NCBI GenBank assembly: GCA_951406725.2
Contig: OX597828.1
Span: 50,654,001-50,718,000 of the forward strand
From: Octopus vulgaris
Taxonomy: Eukaryota
Direction of reading: 5' to 3'
Length of the DNA stretch: 64,000 nt
Made by a program: the position numbers and the translations under genes. This document shows, piece after piece, positions 13,506-26,677 of the stretch. The notes under the pieces are model-generated. The model saw only the letters and a program-made list of their open reading frames with translations. It was not told the origin of the DNA and searched no databases. The first letter of the stretch is position 1. The number at the start of each line of letters is the position of its first letter.

Positions 13506-14113
13506 AAAGAGAAAAATCTGTAGACTATATTTATGTGGAAAATAAGAAAATTTCTACGTAGAAAACATGTGCCTAAGAAACGGCCAGTATGCTCAACGGT
13601 ACCTTAAAGTGTTATTACGTCACTAGTGGCTGTAAATTACTTAACAATCTTCATCTTTCCATAGAAATGGAAATTTCTTTTACCGTTTTTCAGTAATTGT
13701 AAGGACTCGTGGGAGATTAATCTCAGTATTAACTATAAATCATGCGACAAGATGGCTCATAAACTTTAGACTGAAATAGAAGTATCGCCATTAGCTCTGA
13801 AAATAATAATAATAATAAAATAAAATAAATAACACAAATAAAACGTTATTGATTTTAAAAGCCTTTGAAAATCCCACGATAAATATTAACCGCTTTATCC
13901 TTCACGTGGTGTAGTTTAGCACTGAGCGCATGCGTGTGAAATTGTTTAGTAGCGTCCAAAGAAAACAATGGATTTTCAATGAAAAATACGAGTGAGCCAG
14001 AAAGACGTGCGTCTTCTTTTAAACGACTTCATTATTCAGTCACGAGAAATACATACATACATACATACATACATGCATACATACATACAAACAAACATAC
14101 ATACATACATGCA

Positions 14114-14177
<64 letters not shown>

Positions 14178-14275
14178 ACACATTCTTAAATGGCTTATAA
14201 ACACCTCCCACGCTGCAATTGTTTTCGTTTCAGCACACGATCTCAGATCAAATTACTTGCTATGCGAGTACATCT

Positions 14276-14318
<43 letters not shown>

Positions 14319-14549
14319 TACATACATATTTTTATACACACATATTTATATACAAAGAAAGGAATAGATTTCCAATGAAAAAAAAATGAATGTACCAGTG
14401 AGATGTGCGTTTCCTTTTAAATGAGTGCATTATTCGGTCACTTGAAATGCATACGTACATATGCACACACATACATACGTATACATACATACATAAATAT
14501 ATATGTATATATATATATATGTTTGTATATATACACACACATAGACATG

Positions 14550-14581
<32 letters not shown>

Positions 14582-14629
14582 CATGTATATATACATACAT
14601 ATATATATATCGTGGCACTACTGTGGTTA

Positions 14630-15420
14630 GGCTGATAAAGATAGGGAAAACGAAGCAATGGTCTCTCAAAAGACTGGATACCCCACCACTGTGAACAACC
14701 AAAGATAGGGAGCTCCCCAATATGTCGTGTATGTAAATAATAAAAGAAAACCACTGATCATGTTGTCTCCATGTGCAGTCTTCATGCGCCTACAGAGTCT
14801 CTTAACACGCATGATAGAGCTGCACATTATATTCACTGGGTAATTTGCAAAAACCTGGACTTGCCACGTGATAAAAACTGGTGGGAACACAAACCACCTT
14901 CAGTGCTTGAAAATGATCACATCTCACTCCTCTGGAATCAAACTGACAGAGCGATAGATGCAAATAGGCCAGACATCATATAGAAAGGCTTCCGACAAAA
15001 GTCATGCCTCCTCATTGATATGACTGTCCCACTCGATATAAAAGTATCTGTCAAGATCTACCAAAAACTGGGCAAATATAAAGATCTTGAAATAGAAATT
15101 AGCAAAATGTGGAACTTGAAGACTAAAACAATACCTGTTGTCATAGGTGCTTAGTAATGATAGCAAAAGGGGCTGATTGCTACCTAGTTCAGATACCAGG
15201 AAACACCAAAATAGCAGAAATTCATATGATAGTGCTTATGGGAACTGCCCATATCTTACGTAAAATACTGTCTATGTAAACTCGAATTTTAAAACAAACA
15301 CAATTTTCTTATAGTTTCTTAAACATTCTATTGAACAACGCTATGTACAAAACCAAATATATGGCACCCTAGGCATAACACCAGCATGAATTTCTTACTA
15401 GTTGTTTCTTGGGGTCTCTC
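14630..15420 (+). mobile_element. 5'-truncated R4/Dong-like LINE (Zn knuckle, REL endonuclease, 3' UTR)
   Basis: CRVCK..TDHVVS, HDRAAHYIHWVICK, WWEHKPPSVLEND, DRAIDANRPDII, CLLIDMTVP, KYKDLEIEISKMWNLKTKTIPVVIGA, GTAHILRKILSM; ends in (TAA)n. Confidence 0.88.
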
Positions 15421-15430
15421 AATAACAATG

Positions 15431-15487
<57 letters not shown>

Positions 15488-15542
15488 CTAATAATAATAC
15501 TGAGGATGATGATGATGATGATGGTGATGCTGTTATTGTTGC

Positions 15543-15609
<67 letters not shown>

Positions 15610-15668
15610 TTATTATTTTATTATTATTATGATTGTTATTATTATTATCATCATCATCATCATCATCA

Positions 15669-15715
<47 letters not shown>

Positions 15716-15728
15716 CATTATTATTATT

Positions 15729-15793
<65 letters not shown>

Positions 15794-15804
15794 CATCCTC
15801 ATCA

Positions 15805-15842
<38 letters not shown>
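15421..15842. repeat. compound (AAT)n(GAT)n then (TTA)n(TCA)n microsatellite
   Basis: direct inspection. Confidence 0.95.
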
Positions 15843-15843
<1 letters not shown>

Positions 15844-16598
15844 GAACGATGTGCAGTGGAAAACATTATGCAAGAATAGATGTTTTCCAATCCGTGGGAA
15901 TAAAATAATTCAATACAGTCACAATTTTCAATTTACTGGAAATAACGTTACTTTCAGCGGTTTTCAAATTAAAATTTTTACATTGTCTGCTTCCATTATG
16001 GATAAAAGGAAGCCAAATGTAATAGCGGGTGTTGACAAAGACACATATATAATCAGAAACGACTGCAACTCAAGAAGTTCTACTATGGCAGACAATGTCA
16101 ACAATGAACGCTGTGAATCCAGCTTGAACAACACTATCATGCAGGGCGTGTATTTGTTAGCAGCATCGATGAGAACGTAATTATTTCTTATTTGGCCACA
16201 AGGTTGTAAGATGTTGCAAAGAGCGTAAGGCGGAATAGAAAACAGATAAGCAGCAGTATGAGATTCACAGGAAATGAAAGGGTGGCACCAACAATGAGAG
16301 TAAAGTTCTAATAAATACCAAATAATATAGAACCCCCCCCCCCCAGTAGATAGCTATTGATGCAGGGTTAAAAAAGTGAGATTAATGGTAATAACAATGG
16401 TATATAAGTAAATAAATATACAACATCAGAGATCGGAATATAAGTGGAGTGAAATACAGAGATCAACAAGAACAATAATGACATGGAAACGTTAAAGAAT
16501 AATTAGAGTCTAGGTATGGATGTGTGGTTAAGAAATTTGTTTTTTAACTAAGTGGTTTAGTATAGAGAATTTGGTAGGCAGAAACTGTGTGAATTTAA

Positions 16599-16830
16599 GG
16601 CGGCGAGCTGGCAGAATCGTTAGTACGCCGGGCGAAATGCTTAGCAGTATTTCGTCTGCCGCTACGTTCTGAGTCCAAATGCCGCCGAGGTCGACTTTGC
16701 TTTTCATCCTTTCGGGGTCGATTAAATAAGTACCAGATACGCACTGGGGTCAGTATAATCGACTTAATCCGTTTGTGTGTCGTTGTTTGTCCCCTCTGTG
16801 TGTAGCCCCTTGTGGGCAATAAAGAAATAA
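16599..16830 (+). mobile_element. SINE family B, full length, apparently inserted within a degraded family A copy
   Basis: ggcggcgagctggcagaatcgttag...gggcaataaagaaata; family A pieces at ~16510-16590 and ~16900-17055. Confidence 0.85.
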
Positions 16831-17799
16831 GAAGCTGCATGAATTTGATAATAAACGTGTCGTGAGTGTGTATGTGTGTGCGCGCGTGTGTATGTGTATT
16901 TGTCTCTCATTACTTTACAACCGGTCTTGGTTTCTTTGTGTTCCCATAAATTTAGAACTTCGGCAAAAGAGACCGACAGGATAAGTGTTTGTATCGATTT
17001 GTTCAGCGTAACACGTGCTCCAGCATGACTGCATTTAAAAGACTGAATGAAACTTGTTATGGCACAGGACAATAAAGATAATAGAAATAACAATATAAAA
17101 CAAGGAAATAATAATAATAAAAATCCTGATAATGGCCGCTGGCGTGGCGTGGAAAGCAATAAGGTTTAAGGTGCTTTAGGATGTCTCAGACATCAGCTTG
17201 GATTACTCTGACACACCAAACTACATATACTCTCTCTCAGCTCTTGTCGTCAACCTACAACTTTGTAATTCTAACTATGGAACTGTAGGAAATCATAATT
17301 GAAGTCAACACAGCGCCATCATCAGGAGAAGCAGAACAGTTTTGCGGCGGTGGGGAATGGACAGTGACGGAAGCATTATCGACAAAATTGTGCAAAACAC
17401 CTGAACAATCGTGAGGAGCAACTGAAGAAGTAGCACTACACGTTGTTCATAAAGTCTGGATACTTAGGCGAATATGAATATTTTCAATAAGCACAGTTGC
17501 CAGTTAGAGAATCTCAATGAGATATGAGAGTAGTAACTATACTGACAAGTAAAGTTAATCGCCAAATCAACATGACTGTTTTGATGTTACTACTGTTTTA
17601 ACCCCAGACATATTCCGCCAGCTGGATGTCGGTGCAGCCTGCACCATTTATATATTGCAAGCAAGGGAGTGAATCCCTACTATCATTCAGCAGACTACGG
17701 GATTGCGAGATCGAATAGATTTCGGACTATTTCTGCCCATCTTCCGTTGCGAATACTCGACCGCTAGAGAGATGGCAAAATTTTATTCAACTACATTAA

Positions 17800-18030
17800 G
17801 GAATAAAATTTTCAACATGGCGATGCAATGTTTGATGCGCTTTGCGAAATTCATATGAACCAAGTGTAGAAACTCCGGATTTCCGTCAATTTGAGCATAT
17901 TCGTTTATGATGCATTCCGTCAGATGATTCATATCTGTGATTTTTATTACGTGCACCTTCTCCGGTACACCCTAGAAAATGAAGTCAAGAGAACTAAAAT
18001 CTGATGAGCAAGGAACCCATTCTACACAGC
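17800..18030 (-). mobile_element. decayed Tc1-like transposase C-terminal fragment
   Basis: minus strand VEWVPCSSDFSSLDFIF*G...EKVHVIKITDMNHLTECI...NFAKRIKHCI resembles WPPRSPDLTPLDFFLWG. Confidence 0.7.
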
Positions 18031-18239
18031 CACAACCAGTATCCAGACTTTATTGTCATCCTGTAATAAAGCAAAACAAAACAATGAGATTATATTGCAA
18101 TTTCTGTTTAAAATATTTCCCAGCAGGCGCGAACAGAGAAGTTTGATAAAATGCTGACGGAACGGGAGACAACAACTGACTGGATCACAAAGGAGAAAAC
18201 TATTTCAATACGCAAGATACTTTTCACTAGTTGTCTACT

Positions 18240-18470
18240 CTCAGCTGACTGAGTATCAAGGATCTCCATTCGAGTCTTCTCTGCCATTTTTGGACGTTCA
18301 CCATGTGATAGTTTAATCCAGACCTTGATATTATCAAACCAGGTTGTCGTAAGTCTTCTCTAGCGTTTGCCATTTATCTTTCCTTCTAGTAATGAACTTT
18401 CTATAGCTTATACTCTTACTTTGCGACCGAATTACTTTAGTTCCCTTTTTGTAACGGTTGAGAGCAATGG
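18240..18470 (-). mobile_element. decayed RTE-clade LINE C-terminal fragment
   Basis: LLSTVTKRELK*FG...LLEGKINGKR*RR..TTWFDNIKVW resembles the RTE tail KLKYFGH...ILEGKIEGKRRRGRP..RWLDNIKEW. Confidence 0.7.
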
Positions 18471-18499
18471 TCATTTGGTATTTGTTTTCTAATTGTTTC

Positions 18500-18790
18500 A
18501 GTTACCGAACTGCGGTCACCACGCGTAGTGGCTTAGTCGAGTTACTCGCCGCAGGTACTTATTTTAAAATCTGGTACGTATTCTGTAGGTTTCATTTGTC
18601 GAACCCCAGCAGTCAAACAGTGAAGAGAAACACACACACACAGACGCGTGCGCGCAGAATCTGCGAAATTCCGTCACAATGCATTGGTCTGCCCGGTGCT
18701 TTAGTAAATAGATCTCCAAGGTGCCGCGCAGTGGGACTGAACCCAGAACGCCGTGGTTGCAACGCGAGCTTCTTAATTACACAACCAACT
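18500..18790 (-). mobile_element. SINE family A, degraded
   Basis: gccgcgcagtgggactgaaccc antisense head and family A tail remnants. Confidence 0.7.
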
Positions 18791-19317
18791 AGATAAACAC
18801 ACTGTGTCAAGTGAGGTGCAGAACACTACTGTGTAGAGGAGAAACAAACCATATTAGCGATAGAGATACGCAACAACAGTCTATCTCATGTGGGACACGA
18901 ACCGATATTCCTGTCCTGAGTAGTTGAGGATTACGCACGCAGTTAATCAATTACAATTATCTATTCAAAACAAGTTTGTGTTGTAATGTATGCAATTGTT
19001 TGAAGCAGATATTGCTATAGTGAAAAATTGTAATTAATTTTCAGGCAGTATGAAATAAATAGAGCGAAATATAATTTTGGTCTATTGCTGCAGGTACATT
19101 TTATTCATTATTAACGAAATAAAGTTGGAGGTTGTGGGATTCATACAGTTCTTAGTAACATTAACAATAGGATTATGGAGAAAAAATGTCCCAACGTAAA
19201 ATGTAAACTTACAGGCAAAGTCTGCTTGCAACCACTTTTCTACTACAAGCTATTCTCGACAATGTTCATCAAATACTTTTCACCAATAATAATAGTAATA
19301 ATAAACGATAAACGTCA

Positions 19318-19617
19318 CCCTTTTTCAAGCCTAGCCAGGCTCATGGACCCGGTTTCCCCGGTTTCTGTGGTGTATGTGTTCCCCCCAGCTGGACGGGATG
19401 CCTGTCAATCGCAGCATTACTCAAGAAACAGGGAGAGTGAGAGAAAGTTGGGGCGAAAAAGTACAACAGGAGTCGCCACCACCCCGTGCCAGAGACTTGT
19501 GGAGCTTTTAGGTGTTTTCGCTCAATAAACACACACAACGCCTGGTCTGGAAATCGAAACCGCGATCCTCCTACCGCCAGTCCGCTGCCCTAACCACTGG
19601 GCCATTGCGCCTCCACA
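19318..19617 (-). mobile_element. tRNA-derived SINE, family C
   Basis: minus head tgtggaggcgcaatggcccagtggttagggcagcggact...ggtttcgatttcc; related copies at 38810-39196 and 59160-59440. Confidence 0.85.
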
Positions 19618-19927
19618 GCAGTGGCTCTCATAGCTTCTTATCTTAACTGATTGGAAGTGTTATCATGTACATTTTTTTGTCTTGGTATAAAAGATGGGCT
19701 ACAGCAAATATTCTGCTCAGTACCACATATTTGCTTGTCAGTTTTTTAAACTTAACCAGTTGACCATGTCCCTTAGTGGCTGACGATATGTGCATCTCTG
19801 ATCACGATCAGAAGTATGGGAGGGGAGCATCATAGCGATGTGTTGAGAGGCAGACGAAATACCACTAAGCATTTCGGCCGGCGTGCTAAATATTCTGCCA
19901 GTTCACTGCTTTAAGAGTAATAATAAT

Positions 19928-20305
19928 CTTTTCTACTGTAGGCACAAGGCCCGAACATGTTTTGGGAGGGGGTCAGTCGATTAGATCGATCACAGTAGGC
20001 AACTGGTACTTAATTTAAAGACCCTGAAAGGAACAAAGGCAAAGTCGATCTCGGGGGAATTTTACGAAATACCTGTTTCTTTATTACCCACAAGGGGCTA
20101 AACACAGAGGGAACAAACAAGGACAGACAAACGGATTAAGTCGATTATATCGACCCCAGTGCGTAACTGGTACTTAATTTATCGACCCCGAAATGATGAA
20201 AGGCAAAGTCGACCTCGGCGGCATTTGAACTCAGAACGTAACGGCAGGCGAAATACGGCTACGCATACCGCCCGGAGTGCTAACGTTTCTGCCAGCTCAC
20301 TGCCT
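19928..20305 (-). mobile_element. SINE family B head-to-tail dimer
   Basis: two copies of aaaggcaaagtcga..tcgg joined by gaaatacctgtttctttattacccac. Confidence 0.8.
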
Positions 20306-20306
20306 A

Positions 20307-20307
<1 letters not shown>

Positions 20308-20365
<58 letters not shown>

Positions 20366-20366
20366 T

Positions 20367-20403
<37 letters not shown>

Positions 20404-20432
20404 TTAATATAATAATAATAAGAATGATGATG

Positions 20433-20466
<34 letters not shown>

Positions 20467-20508
20467 CTAGTAGTAGTAGTAGTAGTAGTAGAAGAAGAAG
20501 AAGAAGAA

Positions 20509-20551
<43 letters not shown>

Positions 20552-20650
20552 GAAGAAGAAGAAGAAGAAGAAGAAGAAGAAGAAGAAGAAGAAGAAGAAG
20601 AAGAAGAAGAAGAAGAAGAAGAAGAAGAAGAAGAATGATGTAATAATAGT
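20308..20650. repeat. compound (TAA)n-(TAG)n-(GAA)n microsatellite
   Basis: direct inspection. Confidence 0.95.
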
Positions 20651-21109
20651 AACTATGGCTGACGACTAAGATTAGATGAGTCCAGAGAGTCTGTTGTTTG
20701 GTATTATTTCGAATTTTATGTTTCGCTATGAGTAATTCTTGTCAATAATCAAATGATGGAAGATTATCAAAGAGTTAAACGCGAAGAATGAGAAAGTCAC
20801 AAAAACACAAGAGTAAAACTATAAACGTGTGAAGAAGACGAAAGTGAAGACAAGTGAAAAACTAGTGAGAGATACTTGCACACATGCAGAACCATTTAGC
20901 ATCGGTGAAGGGAAGAATAAGGTCACCGACGCCAAGTGAGACGAAAATCTTTCTTCTGTTGCTGTAGAAGTAATTATAATTAAATGCAAAGTTTAATTGT
21001 AATTCTAATTTGGAAATAGCACATCACTAATCAGAAAGAGAAGAATTAATTTCACTCGGAATAAACTATCACACTGCTATTAATTATATCTTATGCTTCA
21101 GCTATAAAA

Positions 21110-21960
21110 GACCACCAACCACCGCCACCATCAACACCACCACCACCACCATCAACAACAACAACGACAACTACATCAACAGCAACAGTAACGCTACCAC
21201 CGTTATTACCACCGCAATCAAAACCACTAATATCACCACCGCCGCCGCCGCCACATCCGCCATCAACTCCACCTCCATCGCCGCTGCCACCACCGCCACC
21301 ACCACCACCACCACCAGAACCACCACCACCACCACGGTCGAAGCCACGACAAAATCTCCGCCACCACCATCTCCAACACCAGTCGCACCGCCAACCGTCA
21401 CCGCTACCGCAATTGCACCACTAAGACAACCAATAACTGCGCAATCACCACAGGCTACCACCTTCACATCGCTGTAACTACCACTTTACCCCCACATCCA
21501 CCCCAACCACCACCACCCCAACCACCACCACCCCAACCACCACCACCACCCCAACCACCACCACCCCAACCACCACCACCCCAACCACCACCACCACCCC
21601 AACCACCACCACCCCAACCACCAACACCAAAGTTTTTTTTCCAAGGTCTGGGGTCTGTCGGCCCTAAGCCCTAGACCATCACCTAAGCACCCTTACCCGT
21701 TTTGTTGCTTAACAACCACAACAACAAGAACAACAACAACAGCAGCAACAGCACCACCACCACGACTACCACCATCTCCACCACCAGTAACTTCGCCAGC
21801 ACATACCCTACCAGCACTGCCACTACCTCCACTACAGTACCATTACCACCACCATCACCACCACCAACACCACTATTACTACCAACGCCAGCATGCCCCT
21901 TTCATTACACCACTACTACTACCACTTCCTCCACCTTCTCTTCCTCCAGCACAACCACCA
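21110..21960. repeat. degenerate (CCA)n-rich low-complexity region with ccccaaccaccacc units at ~21500-21625
   Basis: direct inspection. Confidence 0.85.
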
Positions 21961-22029
21961 TGGACTCCTCACATACTCGTTTGTGGTTCACATTGTTGTA
22001 GACGATCCCTATTCGTCCCCTTTCAACAT

Positions 22030-22240
22030 TTTCATAACAAAAAGAATCGCTTTATGACGTCAGGACAGAGCAAAGTGCATCTTGAACTGAAAAGTTTCCC
22101 GATCGAAACCTTGTAAACCACTTACCGTTCACGTTTCCGAACACAGCGCATCTTCTCCGTACACAGAGCATGTCTCCCTGCAGGCTTTCGCAGCTGCTTT
22201 TGTCATTTTAGTAAAAAGAAATAAATAATTAACATCGTGC
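22030..22240 (-). mobile_element. mariner transposase N-terminal (HTH) relic
   Basis: KAAAKACRETCSVYGEDAL...KWFTRFRSGNFSVQDA. Confidence 0.7.
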
Positions 22241-22437
22241 GGTGTCGATAATGTCCGTCTGGAGTTTCTATTTCCAGAGTGACAATCAAGCACACAAAAT
22301 AGAATCTGCCTCGTCACAAATCTGTGCCGAACTACGTTGAAGTGTTAATATCCAACTAGTGCGAATGCAGAAGGGGAAGACTGAAGCTGGAAGTTTAGCA
22401 TCGACTACATATGCTTATGTGGGTATGCGCACGTATC

Positions 22438-22478
<41 letters not shown>

Positions 22479-22575
22479 GTGTGTTTGTGTGTGTGTGTGT
22501 GTCTGTGTGCGTACGCCAGTGTGTTCCATAAGTCCAACGAAAAATATAAGCCTTAGAATAACATCTCTCCATCTA

Positions 22576-22773
22576 TCAGGCCATCTCATAAGTTCTGATC
22601 AAGTTTACCTTTTTTAAAAGTGAATGAAATTTAATAGTATTTTAGAACGTCTAATGATTTTTAAAATTATTTTTATGCATTTGTGTACATTTTAAACTAA
22701 TTAAATGTTATTAAAATTTCTTTGATTAAAACTCTTTCTAACATGGAAGTATCCAATGAGCATTTGAGGCACA
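22576..22773 (+). mobile_element. 5' end of the same mariner family as 8504-9004
   Basis: TA|TCAGGCCATCTCATAAGTTCTG ... atggaagtatccaatgagcatttgaggcac. Confidence 0.85.
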
Positions 22774-23119
22774 CATGTTTGCGTCCGACTATAACACGTT
22801 CTAAGACGCCTGCTATCATCATTTTGCATGTCGGGGAAAGCATTTACAATGAATGAAAGCTGTGTAACGATGAATAAAGAGTAGCAAAATCATTTTCCAA
22901 ATTTCTGTTTTATATGTAATTACTCTTCAAACAATATGTCCAGAATTTTCAACTCTATTGTGTATCTCATATAAATATAACAACTACATGCTGAATCTTA
23001 ATGCCAGGATAGGAAGATACTTGAAGTGGACACAGCTTGAATTTTAATCCTACCTACCTACATTCTTTTCTTTTCCAACAGTCTAATCTGTTGAGTGTAT
23101 ATCAATAATAATAATAATA

Positions 23120-23333
23120 ATCTTTTCTACTCTAGTCACAAAACCCGAAATATATTAGGGAGGGACCAGTTCATTGGATCGATCCCAGTACGCAATTGGT
23201 ACTTAATTTATCGACCACGAAACGATGAAAGGCAAAACTGACCTCGGCGTAATTTGAACTCAGAAGGTAGCGAAGGGCGAAATACCACTAAGCGTTTCGT
23301 CCAGCGTGCTAACGACTCTGCCAGCTCGCCACT
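23120..23333 (-). mobile_element. SINE family B
   Basis: antisense match ending ctgccagctcgcc. Confidence 0.8.
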
Positions 23334-24010
23334 TTAATAATAATAATGACGATGATGATGAAAATCATTAACAAATAAATAAATTAAACCACCACTACCA
23401 CCGACAGGAACTGAACTCATGATAGAGAGATCAGAGATAATATAATGCAAATACTTCACTAAATTACTAAGGCAGCGTGTTCGCTAAGGTTATTCATAAA
23501 ACACCACACGTACGTGTAATATTCACTTACGTGACAAGTTCATAGCGAATTTCTTAGGTAGCTGTTAGAGAGGTTTTCTCTCTGTAGATTACATGGAATA
23601 AATATTACTGATGAATTCATAATGTCCGGAGAAACTTGGTGTAGGTGTTTCATATTACAGTCTTCAGAAATAGCTGTGGTTTAATCATAGGGAGCACAAG
23701 GATAAATAATATATGCTTTTGGTATGTAAGTATGTAAATATATTTATATGCTGTTCGCTATAGAGTTTAGTCAGTTACATCTGTCGAGAATATGTGGTTT
23801 AATCGAAAGAATGCGTCCAATTTTATCTACAGGGAATTTTTTTGCATGAGGCAGCGTTTATTAACTTATTGCAATAAAGCTTATCTCGATATTTGTTATT
23901 ATGGTTCGGAGAAAATTAAAGTAGAATCAACCCAGAATCGCAAATATTAGTTTATCACACTTGGTGGCATTTCACCGACGAGATAAAACTAAATACGAGG
24001 GAAATATTTA

Positions 24011-24438
24011 GGATCTTTTCGGTTTGAACGGCAGTTTTTCTAGCGGTGTCATATGAAATTGTCACCCATAATTATGACCCTAGAATCGATCTATTGCATT
24101 TCAATCTCTTTTAGGGTTAGGGTTAGGTTTAGGGTTAGGGGCGGGGGAGGGGTATCTTTTTATTCTTCACAAATATAAATAAACCCAATCTGTTTCTTAA
24201 ACGAGGGACATATTCATACGGCACAGAATGCTTTTTAACTCAATAGACGCCACTGATTGGTTGAAATTGCAGGAATTGAAGAAAAAAAAACAACAAATAT
24301 CTTACAAACTATAGTATTTTCTCAATAAAGCCAAGAGAAAAAGATGTTTTATAAACACATTTTACCAGTATATGAAGTTTAAACTTTTTAGTTACCTAGA
24401 AATTATGTTAAAAACTGCCGTTCAAACCGAAAAGATCC
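24011..24438. mobile_element. MITE with perfect ~29-bp TIRs, probable 8-bp TSD and internal TTAGGG repeats
   Basis: GGATCTTTTCGGTTTGAACGGCAGTTTTT ... AAAAACTGCCGTTCAAACCGAAAAGATCC; flanks aatattta / agtattta. Confidence 0.9.
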
Positions 24439-25094
24439 AGTATTTAATCTGGAAATCCAGATTTCCTATCATTACACCATCTATACTCACCAAGCATGGG
24501 TATCCATATTTTCGTAAATAAAACATCAAATATCGTATCCTCCATCCATTGCAAGGAAGTTATTTAGCATGAAATGAAAATTATTGATTGTGTTGATAAA
24601 TGCATATTGTTGGTTTTTGAAAAATTTAATAGGAGCGAATGAAATAAACGTAGTTAATTATTCCTTCATTTTCTGGCGCTTTTAATTTCCTTTGAGAAGT
24701 AGCCATTTTAATTTTCTGTATGTTTCTGAAGTTAAAGGGAGGGGATAGGCTCGATTCTATATTTCAAGATAAAAATGAAGCAGAGTAAAAACAAATGTCT
24801 GAATTTTCGCTTTCTCAATTACAAAAGGAAAGGAAGTGACGTGAAATGCATACAATTACACATGGAGAAAGGAAGAAAATGATGAAATAATTTCCCTATC
24901 TACGTGTGGTCGTACAACTGTAACAAATAAGAATGAATTGCTATAATGAGTTCATTGTGAATTAAGTTAATTATAAAAGCTACTTTCTTTCTACTTACAG
25001 TTCCCTCATTTGTCTTTTTCGAGGCTGTAGCAAATTATCATTCTTATATTTGAGTTTGCCCAACTCGATAGAATATCGTGGTAGAATGAGAGGC

Positions 25095-25210
25095 ATCATC
25101 ATCATCATCATTGTTCGACCGTGGTCGAGACAATGGAATTTACCATGCTCCGCCAGACTTCACGGTCCATCATGGCATTACGGAGGTCCTGTTGCTGGAT
25201 GCCTGTATCC
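25095..25210 (-). mobile_element. RTE-type LINE extreme 3' end with (TGA)n tail
   Basis: minus strand DTGIQQQDLRNAMMDREVWRSMVNSIVSTTVEQ* then (tga)n. Confidence 0.7.
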
Positions 25211-26677
25211 ATAATATAACTGAAGACTGTTTCTTGGCATTACAGTTTTGAGAACCTTCGTTTGTTGAACGTGTGGTAAGGTCTTTTCCTCACCGGAATC
25301 GTAGCCATCTGAAAAAGTTCCCTTGTTCATGCTTTCCTGGCAGCTGTCACCTTGTATAAATCAAGAAAAACAGTGTGTAGTAATGAGTAAATGTATAGTT
25401 CTATGTTACAGTGTGTGACGATGTGTGTGTGCGTGCGCGCGTGTACAAGTGTGTCACCAGAATGTAGCTGTGGGGGGCAGTGTTGGGTAATGTGAAGTGT
25501 ATCAGTATGCGTCGGTATGAGTATAAAGCAATATCTATAGATGAAAGAGTGAGTGAGTGAAGAAGAGCAAGGAAGTGATCGAGAGAAAGAAGCGCGGGAG
25601 GGAGACAAAGCAACAGCGGGAGAGCGCTAGAAAGGTAGAGAAAGAAGAGATGTATAGAAGAAGGCGGGGAGAAGAAGAAGAAAGGGTGAAGCAGAAGAAA
25701 GGGAGAGATAATATGCGGAAGCTATAATGTTAATATAGCATTACTAACAATGTTATATCTCACCTAGACTATATGATCCTATTATCAAGAGAATGTAAGA
25801 TAACCAACAAGCAATCTTAATAGGATGTCATAATAACTGTCCAATATTTCTCCTTTATGTCAACGTAACCCCCTAAATGACAACTACATACAATAACTGG
25901 ATGATCATATGAGCACTTCACGTCACCAGGTTAATTCACCAAACAAAGGCTTTCAAATGCTGATAATAGTCAATAATGGTGGCGAATGAATTTGTATGTT
26001 TAGTTTCAGTTTCAGAACGAGGCTTATTTGGTTTCTAGTGTTAATTTAGTATCCCACTTTCATTTCTCTTTCTTTTTTTTCTCTTTTGATTGCAGTATAG
26101 TTTCCAATTTTTTCTGTCTTCAGAAAAGAAACATAACGAATTAATTTTCAAAGTAATGTGTACAGAAATAATTAAAATAAAGTTGACGTTAAGTATTTAA
26201 AGTATGTAGAACATTTTTTCCATTATTCGTTCATGCATTTTCACACACTCACACACACACACATACACACACACACATATTATTAAAGGAAATTTCTGTT
26301 ATAAGTCAGCGCTAAGTTGTTCAAAGTTGTATATAATTTCGATGAAATATAAGTAGATAGCTTTGACACAAAATGTAATAAAGCAGCGGAAAGACATATC
26401 ATTAATCTTGACTCGCTCAGCTTGGCAGAGCAAAAATATACGTGCTGTGTTTGTCAGCGGATATATGATCTTTTCACAAGTGCTACTCTGCTTAGCTAGG
26501 ACCAAAGTAACATCTGATGTTCTACTGTAAATATGTGTATAAGAAATTCAATTAACAACCAACAGATTCTGGTTCCAATTTCAATGCATGGCTTATTAAG
26601 AAAGTGTCTTGTACTTGAGACTTGAAATGAACAATGTCTGTGACTGAAGTTTGATAAAAAGAGACAGTAAATGTTCA

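Noticed and set aside
15386-16180. 264-aa ORF
   Set aside because: Mostly trinucleotide repeats; the unique tail has no recognisable homology or splice support.
18001-18020. CTGATGAG motif
   Set aside because: Antisense of a Tc1-like coding relic, with no downstream GAAA or stems.
19540-19617. tRNA-like sequences here and at other SINE heads
   Set aside because: They continue into SINE bodies and do not form complete cloverleaves, so they are not tRNA genes.
21171-22001. Mucin- or extensin-like Thr/Pro-rich frames
   Set aside because: Degenerate (CCA)n DNA with interrupted frames and no exon signals.
24111-24140. Interstitial telomere or chromosome fusion scar
   Set aside because: Only about five units, and they lie inside a TIR-bounded element.
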